From: Methanotrichaceae archaeon
GTDB taxonomy: Archaea; Halobacteriota; Methanosarcinia; Methanotrichales; Methanotrichaceae
Length of the DNA: 64,000 nt
NCBI GenBank assembly: GCA_963803145.1
Contig: CAWDLW010000018.1
Coordinates: forward strand, 64,001 to 128,000
Direction of reading: 5' to 3'
Part shown: piece by piece, positions 1-10,867 of the stretch
How positions within the stretch are numbered: position 1 is the stretch's first letter
How the letters are laid out: every line of letters starts with the position of its first letter
Made by a program: the position numbers and the translations under genes
Notes under the pieces: generated by a model
Database searches by the model: none
What the model was told of the DNA's origin: nothing
The model's input: only the letters and a program-made list of their open reading frames with translations

Positions 1-63
1 TCTTGATTGGCAGAAGCAACCTTCATTTTAGTCAGTCCTTATTTCAATCAGCCCTCATTTCAG

Positions 64-1677
64 TCAGCCCTTTATCTGACTTCGAACTGTAGTGAACATA
101 GGACCACGCATATCGATCTTATGCTTATGGCTTGTGATGTACCTTTCAAGCACAGGATAGATCCTGATATTTATATCCCCTGGACTGCGAACAATCCTGA
201 CGCGTGTCTCAGAGTCCTTCCCTGAGGAAGTTGCAGCCTCGATTTCGCTTGCTGCGAGCTCAGCAAATGCATCGATGTACCTGATGTCGGTCGTCACGCC
301 TTCCTGGAACGCCTCCTCCCAGCGCGATGTATGCGGAATTCCCATTATATTCTGCTTGTGGACTACTATCTCATTAAGATAGGCAGGTCCGCACAGCTTC
401 GTGTTCTCCTCAGGCTCGACTACTGATATCTTCACAATCTTGCCGAAAAGCTCGCCCTCCCAGGCAACGAATTCACAGGGCGACGGCGTATCGCCGTGTT
501 CTAGGCTTGTGTTAACAATTGCCTTGAAGATAGCCCTCCCAGCCTCTGTACACGGACTCTTATCTACAAGAATCATCTGAGCCATCTCCCTTAAAGTCAG
601 CTCAAAGTCCGTCTTGAACTGAGGATATGAGAGTGCACGAACATCCTGAGAGTTATGAAGTATCATAGCAATTCTCTCGACTCCTAGGCCGAGGTTCATA
701 ACAGGATAAGGTATATCATACTGCGATAGGGCCGTTGGCGAATAGATACCAAATGTAGCAACCTCAACCCAGCCGCTCTGGTACTTTGTAGCTGATCCTA
801 TCAGGCCTGGATGGTAGGCGTAGACCTCAATCTGAGTATCCGGAGTATAGTATTTGCTACGCTTTTCGTCAGGCTGGAACCTGAACTTCTGAAATCCGAA
901 CTGGCTCAGAAGCCCGTCTGCCACTGCCTTGCCATCGTCGACCGATAGATCCTCATCCATTATTACACAGCTCGCCGAGTGATAGCTCATAAGCCTGGCA
1001 GCATCCTCCGCCTGCTCTCTTCTGAAGCAGCGGTCTATTGAGAAGAGCTTTACAGGCAACTTCTGCCTATAATGGAGGCTCGATAATGTCAGGAACCAGC
1101 CTGATGTCATGTGGCTTCTAAGGGTTCGTGTCGTGGCCTCAGCCTTTAGCGCCCTGAACTCCGGGAATACGTTTTCAATCACAGCTGCAACTTGTGCATC
1201 TGGCGCCGCGATTGCCTTTGCGATTTCCTGAACTAAATCATCGCCCTCAATCCTGCCCTTCTTGTAGCCGTGGAGAATTTGGCGCACAGCCTCTACCTCA
1301 TCCGGCGTAAGAGAACGGCCGATGAGAGCATTTATCTGGGCAATTCTCTCGTCCGAGATTCCAATATCCGGCCTTGGGAGGCCTGCCAAGTAGAAGCATC
1401 TATCCAGTACTGCAAGTGCCTCTGATCCGAACTGCTTGTAAACATCCTGGGCCTCGACCATGACAGGATTCATTGCCTCGGTGAAGCCCAATCGAAGATA
1501 TGCCTCCCTCAGCCTCTGGATAGTGTCAAAGATGGGATGAGGTGTGCCGTAATGGAACGTCTTTCTGGGATAACGCTCGTTCAACGGCGGCTTCTTAAGA
1601 TATTCCCTCCCTTGTCGCCAAGTCTTATCAAAATCTGCCAATGCTTCTTCTCTCACCCGTGCGGGATCAAATTTCAT
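64..1677 (-). CDS. sepS: O-phosphoserine--tRNA(Cys) ligase (SepRS)
   Basis: Motifs TLRSHMTSGWF, FSIDRCFRREQ, EVATFGIYSP and MNLGLGVER. Start placed at MKFDP, downstream of GGAG. Confidence 0.96.
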   Translation of the reverse strand: MKFDPARVREEALADFDKTWRQGREYLKKPPLNERYPRKTFHYGTPHPIFDTIQRLREAYLRLGFTEAMNPVMVEAQDVYKQFGSEALAVLDRCFYLAGLPRPDIGISDERIAQINALIGRSLTPDEVEAVRQILHGYKKGRIEGDDLVQEIAKAIAAPDAQVAAVIENVFPEFRALKAEATTRTLRSHMTSGWFLTLSSLHYRQKLPVKLFSIDRCFRREQAEDAARLMSYHSASCVIMDEDLSVDDGKAVADGLLSQFGFQKFRFQPDEKRSKYYTPDTQIEVYAYHPGLIGSATKYQSGWVEVATFGIYSPTALSQYDIPYPVMNLGLGVERIAMILHNSQDVRALSYPQFKTDFELTLREMAQMILVDKSPCTEAGRAIFKAIVNTSLEHGDTPSPCEFVAWEGELFGKIVKISVVEPEENTKLCGPAYLNEIVVHKQNIMGIPHTSRWEEAFQEGVTTDIRYIDAFAELAASEIEAATSSGKDSETRVRIVRSPGDINIRIYPVLERYITSHKHKIDMRGPMFTTVRSQIKG

Positions 1678-1681
1678 ACTT

Positions 1682-2335
1682 TCAGACTCCGGCACTTCTA
1701 TCTTTAAGTTTATCCTCTAACTCGCGTAAGCATGATTCGACCTTTGCCATCTCGATGGCATTTGTCAAATCGCCCCTCGTTCGCTCAAGCATCGATCTGG
1801 CCAGATCGCTCTTCCTGCGCAGGCCCCTTGTAATGGCTTCAGGATAGTCAAAGAGCATCAAAAGATGATAAATTTCCTCCATTATATCGAGGAAATACTC
1901 GCCCTCCTCGGGTTTGCCGAGCCTAATCAGGTCCAGGATATGTCGACGGAGTTCACCCGTCGTATCACCGAGGCCAGATAGGTAGTTCACGAGGTCAACG
2001 CCAATCTCCTCAGGCATCAATACCTCATGTCTCGTTGTTATCGAGTAAACGCTCCTGGCTTCGGCATATTCCTGCTCCGCCACATCGATAAACCCTGAAT
2101 ACCGAATATCTTGGTGGTCTTTAAGAATATCATGAACATTATCGAGGGAGAGATGGGCCTTATCCATAAGCCGCTGTGCCTCATCGAGATCATTCCGATG
2201 AATTGACTTGATAGCCGCTGAACAGAAGCGCACTATCTCGCGGGATATCACAAGGGCCTCTTCCCGAGCTCTATCCTTGGCCTTGAAACTGTCAAGCATG
2301 CTTCCAGCTAGACCATTTAGGGATGGGAATGGCAT
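1682..2335 (-). CDS. Translin-family RNA-binding protein
   Basis: Helical protein with QEYAEA and YLSGLGDTTGELRR motifs typical of archaeal translin homologs. Confidence 0.85.
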   Translation of the reverse strand: MPFPSLNGLAGSMLDSFKAKDRAREEALVISREIVRFCSAAIKSIHRNDLDEAQRLMDKAHLSLDNVHDILKDHQDIRYSGFIDVAEQEYAEARSVYSITTRHEVLMPEEIGVDLVNYLSGLGDTTGELRRHILDLIRLGKPEEGEYFLDIMEEIYHLLMLFDYPEAITRGLRRKSDLARSMLERTRGDLTNAIEMAKVESCLRELEDKLKDRSAGV

Positions 2336-2347
2336 AAGTATAACTCT

Positions 2348-3118
2348 TTAGTCCTTGTTCATCAATTTTTTCAAACGTCTGAGTGATCTCTGTCCCTCTT
2401 CAAGGGATCGAGATTCCGTCACCATACGTCCCTGATATCCATCCAACGCCGCAACAACCTTGTTCCAGGGAACGGTTCCAAAGCCTACGGGGAGATGCTC
2501 ATCCCTTACGCCATGGTTGTCGTGAATATGCGCATGAATTATGATATCTCGGAGTTCAAGAAACTTATCGAGACACCCATTTGTATTCGCGTGCCCGACA
2601 TCCAAGATAAAACCCACATTGTCTCTATTTACGGTTTCCAATATGCCTGTTATCTCCTCCGGCCTTTTGCCGAGGATTGCAGGCATATTTACCATATTCT
2701 CTACAGCAATTGTCATATCCAGACCGCTCGCGTGATCGCAAATCTCCTGGATTCCTAAAATGTTCTGGGACCATGCCTTATCTGGCATTTGCATTCCTAG
2801 GGGCGAGAGGTGTCCCGGATGGACGACCGCCAGGCGACTGAAATCGCTTGCCATATCAAGGCAGCTCTTCATCTGCCTGACTGTTTCATCCCATATCGGC
2901 TGATTCATGCTCGCCAAATTCAGATCGGAGTATGGCAGATGAATGGTAATAGTTAGATTAGTAGTTTCAGCTATCTTCTTCGCCTCTTCAATATTCTCAA
3001 GAGTAAGCTTTTGTTTGCCCTCGTTCACTATCTCCCAGCCGGTATATCCCAGATCCTCGAGCTGGTAGGCCCAATCAAACGGTCTATCAACTAATGCGCT
3101 TGATGAGAAGCTAAACAT
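2348..3118 (-). CDS. Sugar phosphate isomerase/epimerase (xylose isomerase-like TIM barrel)
   Basis: VVHPG, AVENM, LDVGHA and HIHDN..DEHLPVG metal-binding motifs. Confidence 0.85.
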   Translation of the reverse strand: MFSFSSSALVDRPFDWAYQLEDLGYTGWEIVNEGKQKLTLENIEEAKKIAETTNLTITIHLPYSDLNLASMNQPIWDETVRQMKSCLDMASDFSRLAVVHPGHLSPLGMQMPDKAWSQNILGIQEICDHASGLDMTIAVENMVNMPAILGKRPEEITGILETVNRDNVGFILDVGHANTNGCLDKFLELRDIIIHAHIHDNHGVRDEHLPVGFGTVPWNKVVAALDGYQGRMVTESRSLEEGQRSLRRLKKLMNKD

Positions 3119-3539
3119 CCTCTGTTACCTCGCTGATATCCAATTCTCTGATAGGTATGCCATTCTCAGTCTTAGGCGCAAGCCAATCGATAACGCGATC
3201 TCCACCGGTAATCTGGACATGAATTGATCCTAAAGGCTCCTCCTCAGGAGGAAAGTTAACCTTTCCCATGAGTGCCGCCTGCTTGTTCAGCCTGAACTGA
3301 ACTACATCGCCCAAAAGCCCATCAAGCATTACGGAGCGCGCTGTATCGAGGATCTTCTGCTCCCGCAGAAGCATATGAAATGTCTTTAGGGATTCAAGGC
3401 CATTATATGCTTCAATCCTGTCCTCTCTAATATCCATTGTGAGACCCGGAAAAATCATTTCAATTGCAGAGGCAATCAGCTCTACGCGCTCTGTGGTTCT
3501 GACAAGAGAATATATTGAGACCTCTATCGTCGCAATCAC
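3111..3539 (-). CDS. UPF0201/DUF54 putative RNA-binding protein
   Basis: LREQKILDTAR, LNKQAA..GKVNF and IDWLAP motifs. A GTG start at 3539 avoids overlap with prf1. Confidence 0.8.
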   Translation of the reverse strand: MIATIEVSIYSLVRTTERVELIASAIEMIFPGLTMDIREDRIEAYNGLESLKTFHMLLREQKILDTARSVMLDGLLGDVVQFRLNKQAALMGKVNFPPEEEPLGSIHVQITGGDRVIDWLAPKTENGIPIRELDISEVTEDV

Positions 3540-3546
3540 CTGAATT

Positions 3547-4788
3547 TTAGTGGCTGCTGGTCTTATATCTGAGGATGGCAGCGATTCCACCAAATGCCTT
3601 GTAAAGCTGGGCACCCTCCTCAAACTCCGTGGATATTATCTTGACTGTAGATCCATTCGCCTCAGCCAGCTTTGAGAGATCGGCGACTATATCCTCCTCA
3701 CTTTCAATGCTGAGGGGGTTGCCGCACTTTAGGCAGTTGCCCAATGGCGATGAGCCGGAAGATCTCGTCTGGCTCTCTGAGAAGTCGCAGCTCCTGTTGG
3801 TGCAGATGATCTTGGCGCGGGTCTTCCTCAGATCCTCCGATAACAACAATGTATCCACTGCGCCGAGCTCAAGATCGTGCCTTACCTCCTTGTCGCCATA
3901 GGACGCGAGGCCGGCATCGCTCACCAGCTCCTTCATGAACCTTCTCATAATGAGCTTGTCCTGAGTAAGCTCCAGATCCAGAAGCCTATCCTGCGCGGCA
4001 TCAACAAGCTCAAAAAGCCCAGATTCGTCAGTATAAGATACATCCAGTGCATCCAGCACCTTTCGCTGCAGTTCATGGTGCAGGAACCCGCCCTCAACGA
4101 ACTCCTCCTTTGTAGGCGATGGCCCACCAACCAATATCCCCTGAAGATCTTTGGGATCTATCGCTAGGAATGCATCATTGGCAGAATCGCCTATTCTACC
4201 GTAGAAGTCATGTATGGCAATCAGACGAAGCTGCTGGAACCTGTGGCTCGACTGACCGCCCTTCCTCTGCTTTCCGGGAACAGTAGATGTGAGATGTTTC
4301 ATCGGCTCTATAGTCTTTCCCCGGAGGATTCCTATCGCCGCCTCCCTTCTATCCAGGACTATCAAGCCGAAGGTCTTCTTATCTGCCAGCATCTCCTCCA
4401 GGGGTTCGAGCAGGAATGCCGAGTCACAATGATACCTATAAGTTACAATCGGGTCTGGTGGCTCAAGTGCAACGCTGTACATATCAGTTCTATTGCCACC
4501 AATATCCACGTTTCCGATGAAGATCACTACGCCGTTCTGCGGTGGCTTTGGGATGAGCTTGAGCCTTGACATAGCGGACTCAAGAGCGCTCTGCACGCTC
4601 AGCCTTGTTACCCTGGATTTTATGTTTGAGGCCTGGCCATACTCCTCACGAAGCTGGGACGTCACATCAGATATCTGCTTGTCCGGAGGAATATAGAGCG
4701 AAATCAGCTCTGTCCCTCTTCCGGTCTTGCTCCTCAGATCGTCGAGCAGGCGCTTGAACTCATACTTTTCTTGTGCAGTGAACTCCAT
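3547..4788 (-). CDS. prf1: Peptide chain release factor aRF1
   Basis: NIKS, YHCD and GGQS motifs. Confidence 0.97.
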   Translation of the reverse strand: MEFTAQEKYEFKRLLDDLRSKTGRGTELISLYIPPDKQISDVTSQLREEYGQASNIKSRVTRLSVQSALESAMSRLKLIPKPPQNGVVIFIGNVDIGGNRTDMYSVALEPPDPIVTYRYHCDSAFLLEPLEEMLADKKTFGLIVLDRREAAIGILRGKTIEPMKHLTSTVPGKQRKGGQSSHRFQQLRLIAIHDFYGRIGDSANDAFLAIDPKDLQGILVGGPSPTKEEFVEGGFLHHELQRKVLDALDVSYTDESGLFELVDAAQDRLLDLELTQDKLIMRRFMKELVSDAGLASYGDKEVRHDLELGAVDTLLLSEDLRKTRAKIICTNRSCDFSESQTRSSGSSPLGNCLKCGNPLSIESEEDIVADLSKLAEANGSTVKIISTEFEEGAQLYKAFGGIAAILRYKTSSH

Positions 4789-4976
4789 TTCCGTGAATCT
4801 CCTAAAATTCGTCACGGCCATGATATAAAAGGCTTCTTAGAAGGGTTATCTTATATAAGCCTGAGGCCGAAAAACCATCTGCAATAAACTGTTTGTTGGA
4901 TGGCAAATTCCATAAGCTGGGCTTTACCGATCCAACCAAATGCATAGGGCTTGTCTTGCGCGAGAATTGATCGGAT

Positions 4977-5273
4977 TTAATCGATCTTGAGCCTTATGCT
5001 TTTCTCCGAAGTTCGTTTATATGGTACATTAACTATTAGCATGCCGTCTGAGAACCCACCAAGGGCCTTTTCGGGATCTACCGGACCTGGCAATGCAAAA
5101 GCACCTTTAAAGGTTATATCGCCGGCCTTTGCTATCATGTAGAATCCATCGCCAAGGAAGCTAAATTCGATATCTTCTTTTTTTACACCGGGCAGATCTA
5201 CCTGAATGTTAAGACTCTCAGAGTTCTCATCGTTATACATGCATACATCTGGAGCTACAATTCTTTCTACCAT
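4977..5273 (-). CDS. Small heat shock protein, Hsp20/alpha-crystallin family
   Basis: VDLPGVKKEDI and FSDGMLIVNVP motifs. Start placed at MVERI. Confidence 0.85.
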   Translation of the reverse strand: MVERIVAPDVCMYNDENSESLNIQVDLPGVKKEDIEFSFLGDGFYMIAKAGDITFKGAFALPGPVDPEKALGGFSDGMLIVNVPYKRTSEKSIRLKID

Positions 5274-5766
5274 TAAACATCTCCAATAAAGTATACGCGC
5301 AGATACCAATTAAAACTTTTTATTAGAGATCCGTCACAATAATGCAATCAATGGCTAAAATATTCTTTAAATGCTTAGAAAGAACCCCATCCTCGAAGAT
5401 GAAATAATCCCTGTCAGGGTAATATATCGGCACAAAAGCGAAGTGTCAGATAGCCAATCTGGAATATATTTTTTAGAATGTATTGCCCGTTTATCAGCCG
5501 ATATATACATCCAAATATACACTTATATAAACCACTAACACCGTTAGTACACTCATAATACAATTTCATCCTAACATGCCAATAATAGCAAGCGAAGGTG
5601 CATTAGCTCATGTGGTAAAGATCACTGATGTTTTTAAATCGTGATATTATTTTATTTTCTTACTTTACTAATCTGCATTTCAGAACAAAGAAGTCCAACT
5701 TTCTCTTGAAATTCACGGAGACATATAGAGTAAAATTTATATATGATAGATGATAAGATACAATTT

Positions 5767-5832
5767 GGATCCGGGGTTATTCAAACGACTTTTATAGTCA
5801 TCCATCCCCTCAAGATGAATAGACCCGGGTCC
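5767..5832 (+). ncRNA. Candidate small structured RNA
   Basis: TTTATATA box about 25 nt upstream. 17-bp closing stem GGATCCGGGGTTATTCA/TGAATAGACCCGGGTCC with two G-U pairs, plus an inner GACT/AGTC hairpin. Confidence 0.4.
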
Positions 5833-5945
5833 TCCCCTCGAATAATCTTCTCAAAAACTCTCATTGCCTATAGCCATCTTTTTATATCCTGCTTATCATA
5901 AATTCCCTAAATTATTAAGGTTTTGGTGGGGGCTCGGTTGAACCT

Positions 5946-6338
5946 ATGATAGAGATTGATACCAGGAAGCAGGCTGAGGTCATAGATATAACCTCGTCTG
6001 TAGAGAGAGCACTGGCTGAGAGCAAGGTACAAAGTGGAATATGCCTAATTTATACACTTCATACAACTACAGGAATAACTGTAAACGAGGCTGAGGGAGA
6101 CCTTACTCAGGATATTATGAGGCTTATGGCTACACTCGTTCCAGAAGGCGCTGGCTACAGACACGACAGGTCGGATGGGAATGCGTCAGCTCATCTTCGA
6201 GCAGTTCTCATTGGAAACAGTGCCGTTATACCCATTGAAAAAGGAATGCTGGTGCTCGGGACATGGCAGAAAATACTTTTCATTGAGCAGGATGGCCCGC
6301 GGCATCGCAGAGTTTATGTCAAGGCCATCCCGGATTAG
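5946..6338 (+). CDS. YjbQ/UPF0047 family protein
   Basis: HTTTGITVNE, NASAHLR and LGTWQ motifs. Confidence 0.9.
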   Translation: MIEIDTRKQAEVIDITSSVERALAESKVQSGICLIYTLHTTTGITVNEAEGDLTQDIMRLMATLVPEGAGYRHDRSDGNASAHLRAVLIGNSAVIPIEKGMLVLGTWQKILFIEQDGPRHRRVYVKAIPD

Positions 6339-6376
6339 AGAATATCTACAATTTATGATATTGGCAATTAAGGCTA

Positions 6377-7243
6377 TCAAATAGGGGTGCCGGTTGTCTG
6401 AGTCAGCTCCCTAAAGGCTGCCATGAGATCCTTCGTAATAGGTCCGGGCTTGCCACTCCCAATGACCCTGCCATCAACCTTTGTAACAGGTGCAACCTCC
6501 GCCGCAGTTCCCGTGACGAAGACCTCATCCGCTGTATAAAGATCAAAAAGCCCTAGGTCGCGCTCAGAGATGTTATAGCCCAATGCCCTGGCCAGCTCGA
6601 TAACCGCCTCGCGAGTTATACCCTTCAGATTGTTGATGGTGTATGGGGTGAAGATTTTGCCATCCTTGATAGCAAAGATATTATCACCGCTACCCTCAGA
6701 GATCCTTCCCTGTGCGTCTAAAATTATGGCCTCATTGCCGCCTTTGATATTTGCCTCTATCTTGGCCATGACGTTATTAAGGTAGTTCAGACTCTTTGTA
6801 TTTGGAGGCAATGAATCCGGCGAGTTCCTGCGGACAGTGACTGTAACTGCAGTTAGGCCAACCTCGTAGAGGTTTCCATACATCGCACCCCATTCGACTG
6901 CCATAACTATGACTGTTGGAATGCTACATTTATTTGGGTCCAGGCCCAGATCACCAATGCCTCTGGTGACTATGGGGCGGATATAAGCATTTTTTAGGTT
7001 ATTCTTGCGCAGCGTCTCCAATATGATCTCTCCCATCTCCTCTTGGCTGATGGGAATGCACAGCAGGATTGCCTGAGCTGAATCAAATAACCTCTTAACA
7101 TGTTCCTTTAGTCTGAAGACACGCCCCTGATAAGCTCGGATGCCCTCGAAGACACCATCGCCGTACAGGAGACCATGATCGAAGACCGAGATAGCCGCCT
7201 CTTCAGATGGGACGAATTTGCCATTTATATAAATTAGACTCAT
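6377..7243 (-). CDS. ilvE: Branched-chain amino acid aminotransferase
   Basis: [31 protein letters not shown] and GTAAEV motifs. Confidence 0.95.
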   Translation of the reverse strand: MSLIYINGKFVPSEEAAISVFDHGLLYGDGVFEGIRAYQGRVFRLKEHVKRLFDSAQAILLCIPISQEEMGEIILETLRKNNLKNAYIRPIVTRGIGDLGLDPNKCSIPTVIVMAVEWGAMYGNLYEVGLTAVTVTVRRNSPDSLPPNTKSLNYLNNVMAKIEANIKGGNEAIILDAQGRISEGSGDNIFAIKDGKIFTPYTINNLKGITREAVIELARALGYNISERDLGLFDLYTADEVFVTGTAAEVAPVTKVDGRVIGSGKPGPITKDLMAAFRELTQTTGTPI

Positions 7244-7389
7244 ATGAAGTTCTCCCTTCAAACACTTGCCATGCACACTGCTGCCGAGAATATATGCATT
7301 TTGATAGTGAGGATACTTAAGGAGGGAATCGATGGGTTTATTACCCAAGGAAAGAAGGTTGTTGCCTACTCTTCGTGGGGTCTAAAGCT

Positions 7390-7800
7390 ATGGCTAGACT
7401 TGGTTTCGTTGTTTCTGAGTTCAATAGGGATATAACTTATCAGATGGAGCTGCTGGGCAGGGAGCATGCCAAATTCCTGGGAGCTGAAATCGTATCGACC
7501 ATCTATGTACCGGGCGTATATGATATGCCGATTGCTGTCAGGAAGCTCCTTCATAGAAGTGACATAGATGCTGTAGTAACAATTGGCTGTGTAATCCAAG
7601 GCGATACCGGGCATGATGAGATCGTAGCCCAGCATGCTGCGCGGAAGCTGATGGACCTATCACTGGAGTTTGATAAGCCTGTGACGCTGGGTATAACTGG
7701 CCCGAGGATGTCCAGGCCAGATGCCAATAAGCGCGTGGATTATGCCAAGAGAGCCGTCGAGGCGGCGGTTAAGCTGCTGGAGCGACTTGGTGGTGAATGA
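7390..7800 (+). CDS. ribH: 6,7-dimethyl-8-ribityllumazine synthase
   Basis: VSEFN, VPGVYDMP and GCVIQGDTGHDE motifs. Confidence 0.93.
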   Translation: MARLGFVVSEFNRDITYQMELLGREHAKFLGAEIVSTIYVPGVYDMPIAVRKLLHRSDIDAVVTIGCVIQGDTGHDEIVAQHAARKLMDLSLEFDKPVTLGITGPRMSRPDANKRVDYAKRAVEAAVKLLERLGGE

Positions 7801-8938
7801 GTTGGTGTCCGCGAGGCTTGCATCCATTCAGGAGTCAACGACTCTCAAGATCTCAGCGATGGCAAAGAAGCTCAATGCGAGCGGGCTCGATGTAATAGAT
7901 ATGGGAGTTGGTGAGCCGGACTTCAATACTCCGAAGCATATTGTAGATGCTGGCTGCAACTCAATCAAAATGGGCGAGACGCATTATGCCCCCACTGCAG
8001 GCATACCTGAGCTTAGAGAGGCCATAGCAGAAAAGCTCTGTACCGAGAATAAGCTAAAAGTCACAGCAAACGATGTGGTCGCCACTCCAGGTGCAAAGAT
8101 GGCAGTCTTCTCCGCTATACAGGCACTGCTGGAGGAGGGCGATAATTGCGTTCTAATTGGGCCTTCCTGGGTGAGCTACGAGCCATGCATTGCTTTTGCT
8201 GGGGGCAAAGTATCCTGGGCAAAGGTGGATGAGAACTTCATGCCCCTCAATCTCGCTGATGCCATAACCCCGAAGACAAAAGTGATATTGGTGAATTCGC
8301 CCTCGAATCCTACGGGCGCGGTTTTTGATAGATCGATTCTTGAGGAGATTCGTGATTTAGCGTGCGACCATGATCTTTTTGTTATTACCGATGAGATCTA
8401 TGAGAAGATAATCTATGGACATGAACATATCAGCATTGGTTCATTGCCGGGAATGGAGGAGAGAACGGTTACCATAAACGGCTTCTCGAAGGCTTATGCA
8501 ATGACTGGCTGGAGGCTCGGCTACATGGCGGGACCAAAGGGAGTTCTGAAATGGGTAACGAGGCTTCTCTCTCATTCAGTCTCCCAGGCAACGACCTTTG
8601 TACAACGTGCAGGCGTAGCAGCTATACACGGGCCGCAGGACGAAGTCAAGGCCATGGTAAGGGAGTTTGAGGCTAGGAGGGATCTGCTTGTCTCGGGCCT
8701 ACGAGGCTTAGGTATAGGCTGCAATTTGCCTGGCGGCGCATTCTATGTGTTCCCAAATGTAGCAGAGTTAGGCGGAGGAGATGCCTTTACTGATAAGCTT
8801 TTAAAGGATGCACTGATTGCAGCAACGCCCGGATCTGCCTTTGGGCCATGTGGAAATGATTATGTGCGACTGTCCTATGCTATTTCCCAGGAGCGGCTGA
8901 GGACCGCACTGGAGAGGATTGAGAAGATACTGGGCTAA
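7793..8938 (+). CDS. PLP-dependent class I/II (aspartate) aminotransferase
   Basis: GEPDF, NSPSNPTG, DEIY and GFSKAYAMTGWRLG motifs. Probable GTG start overlaps the ribH stop. Confidence 0.92.
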   Translation: MNELVSARLASIQESTTLKISAMAKKLNASGLDVIDMGVGEPDFNTPKHIVDAGCNSIKMGETHYAPTAGIPELREAIAEKLCTENKLKVTANDVVATPGAKMAVFSAIQALLEEGDNCVLIGPSWVSYEPCIAFAGGKVSWAKVDENFMPLNLADAITPKTKVILVNSPSNPTGAVFDRSILEEIRDLACDHDLFVITDEIYEKIIYGHEHISIGSLPGMEERTVTINGFSKAYAMTGWRLGYMAGPKGVLKWVTRLLSHSVSQATTFVQRAGVAAIHGPQDEVKAMVREFEARRDLLVSGLRGLGIGCNLPGGAFYVFPNVAELGGGDAFTDKLLKDALIAATPGSAFGPCGNDYVRLSYAISQERLRTALERIEKILG

Positions 8939-9126
8939 AAAAGGATAATACTATAATTGGGAAATTGCCAATTTTCCAAACCAAAATGTTTTTCTTTTAT
9001 CGTTCTATAATTTAATCCTGGTTGCGCCAGTAGAATTTACATGGCATTGCTACAATATATCCCAATCAAATCGTAACCGCTATAGATTGCTCAAAGCTAT
9101 AAATACAGCCCATCATATCCATATGC

Positions 9127-9678
9127 ATGTCCGGGGAAACTAATGCAGTACGTATAGTCGCAGAGCTTATGGCGCTCTCCGCCCGCACGGCTCCCAAAGG
9201 AAGAGGGCAAGATTCGATAGTAATAAGATTAGTAATAGGTGAGGATTTGTTAAGGCTCGCCGGAGAGATGCGCCGACTGGGCGAGGCAACTGGCATCAAG
9301 ATACTGCTGAGGGATGGGGGCAACATGGATAAGAGCGATGCATGTGTCTTGATCGGATGCATAAGCGCGGATATTGCGGGTCTTGATTGTGGCGGCTGCG
9401 GTTTTGCTACATGCAAAGATATGCTTTCGGCTCAAAAGGCAAATGCCTCCCAGAAGAAGCTGTTCCGAGGCCCGAACTGTATCATTAAAATGGCGGATCT
9501 TGGGATTGCCTTAGGCTCCGCCGCCAAGACTGCAAGCATTCATAATGTGGACAATCGCATTATGTTCACTGCCGGAGTTGGCGCACTGTCCCTTGGGTGG
9601 ATGGAAGGCTGCAATGTAGCCTACGGGATTCCTTTGAAAGCGGCAGGAAAGAGCATTTATTTCGATCGATCTGTTTGA
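9127..9678 (+). CDS. DUF2148 ferredoxin-like domain protein
   Basis: ARTAPKGRGQD, CGGCGFATC, DLGIALGSA and VDNRIM motifs. Confidence 0.85.
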   Translation: MSGETNAVRIVAELMALSARTAPKGRGQDSIVIRLVIGEDLLRLAGEMRRLGEATGIKILLRDGGNMDKSDACVLIGCISADIAGLDCGGCGFATCKDMLSAQKANASQKKLFRGPNCIIKMADLGIALGSAAKTASIHNVDNRIMFTAGVGALSLGWMEGCNVAYGIPLKAAGKSIYFDRSV

Positions 9679-9693
9679 AACAGGCAGATTAGG

Positions 9694-9765
9694 GAGCCAT
9701 AAAAGTCATAAAAGTTACAGAAGTTATAGAAGCTACAGGAGTCATAGGAGTTATAGGAGTTATAA
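9694..9765 (+). repeat. Degenerate 9-bp tandem repeat (8 units, consensus near RAGTYAYAR) ending at the start codon
   Basis: gagccataa aagtcataa aagttacag aagttatag aagctacag gagtcatag gagttatag gagttataa. Confidence 0.85.
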
Positions 9766-10844
9766 TGACCAAAATGAAGATACGCGGCGGTGACCTAGAT
9801 CTCGTCGAGTATGAGTTTGCGCCCTTCCGGCCAGGGGAGAATATCAACACCTTGGGGCTTGAGAAGGATTATAAGCTCACCCCCTGTGAAGGCATAGTCA
9901 GAGTCATTACACCTGGGAGAATTCACCTCACAGTGCTTGATATGAACCGCTTTGCTCCCAATAGGCCTGGCGGCGGTGGGGTCGGCTTTGCCCTACAGAT
10001 ATACTGCACTGCAGAGGTCGAATGCATACCATCAGGCCTTGAGATCGATTACTCAAGGGAGCCGATAATCCGCCATTTTGCAGAGGTTTTCAGAAAGACC
10101 GTCGGCTACAATGGCGGATTTAAAATAAAAGTCCGGGATCACCAGAAGAAGCACGTAGGCCTCGGCTCAACCGGCTCTGTTCTGCTGGCGCTTGCACATG
10201 CAATGAACACCGCGCTTAGCTCGCCCTTAAATTCAGAGCAGATTCGTCTTATTCTCGGCAATAATTATATCGAGGAGACTGATGATGGCCGAGTAACTTT
10301 GGGTTTTGAAACTGGAGTAGGCCCCGCAGCTGCAACCTATGGCGGCATGGTAATCACTGGCGATGGACTGGCACTCGCATATCGCCATAAATTCGCAGAG
10401 GAGAAGAACGTATTCATAATCATCCCAACAACAGAGGTTTCATCAGCTGGCAGATCTGAGTTTGATCTTTTAATGAACCGCGCCAGGAATCTCGATTATC
10501 AGGATAGAGAGCTGAAAGCATACCTTCTGCTCATGGACCTTATCCCAGCCCTTGAGAGAGATGATCTAAGGAAGATTGGCGATGTCATATGGGAGATAGA
10601 GTTCAGAGGATCAAAGAGAGCTGAGGTAGAGCATCATAGCTTTAAGATTTACCACTATATGAGCCAGCTTCGAGAGAGCGGCCTTGAGTTCGTGGGCATG
10701 AGCTCTGTTGGGCCATCTATTGCCATTGTAACTGAAAGAAGCGAGAAGGATATCACAGATCTGATAAACCCCATGGGCTTAAAGGTCGCGATAGCTACTA
10801 AAGTCGATAACGAAGGGCTAAAGATCATAAGACCTGAGGACTAA
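9765..10844 (+). CDS. GHMP-kinase fold protein, beta-RFAP synthase family
   Basis: RIHLT, HVGLGSTG and GMSSVGP motifs. Confidence 0.85.
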   Translation: MTKMKIRGGDLDLVEYEFAPFRPGENINTLGLEKDYKLTPCEGIVRVITPGRIHLTVLDMNRFAPNRPGGGGVGFALQIYCTAEVECIPSGLEIDYSREPIIRHFAEVFRKTVGYNGGFKIKVRDHQKKHVGLGSTGSVLLALAHAMNTALSSPLNSEQIRLILGNNYIEETDDGRVTLGFETGVGPAAATYGGMVITGDGLALAYRHKFAEEKNVFIIIPTTEVSSAGRSEFDLLMNRARNLDYQDRELKAYLLLMDLIPALERDDLRKIGDVIWEIEFRGSKRAEVEHHSFKIYHYMSQLRESGLEFVGMSSVGPSIAIVTERSEKDITDLINPMGLKVAIATKVDNEGLKIIRPED

Positions 10845-10867
10845 GCGAGCTGAAAGAAGTACGATTA

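Noticed and set aside
9694-9765. CRISPR array (also considered for 27093-27162)
   Set aside because: The units are 9 or 13 bp and contiguous, with no spacers and no cas genes.
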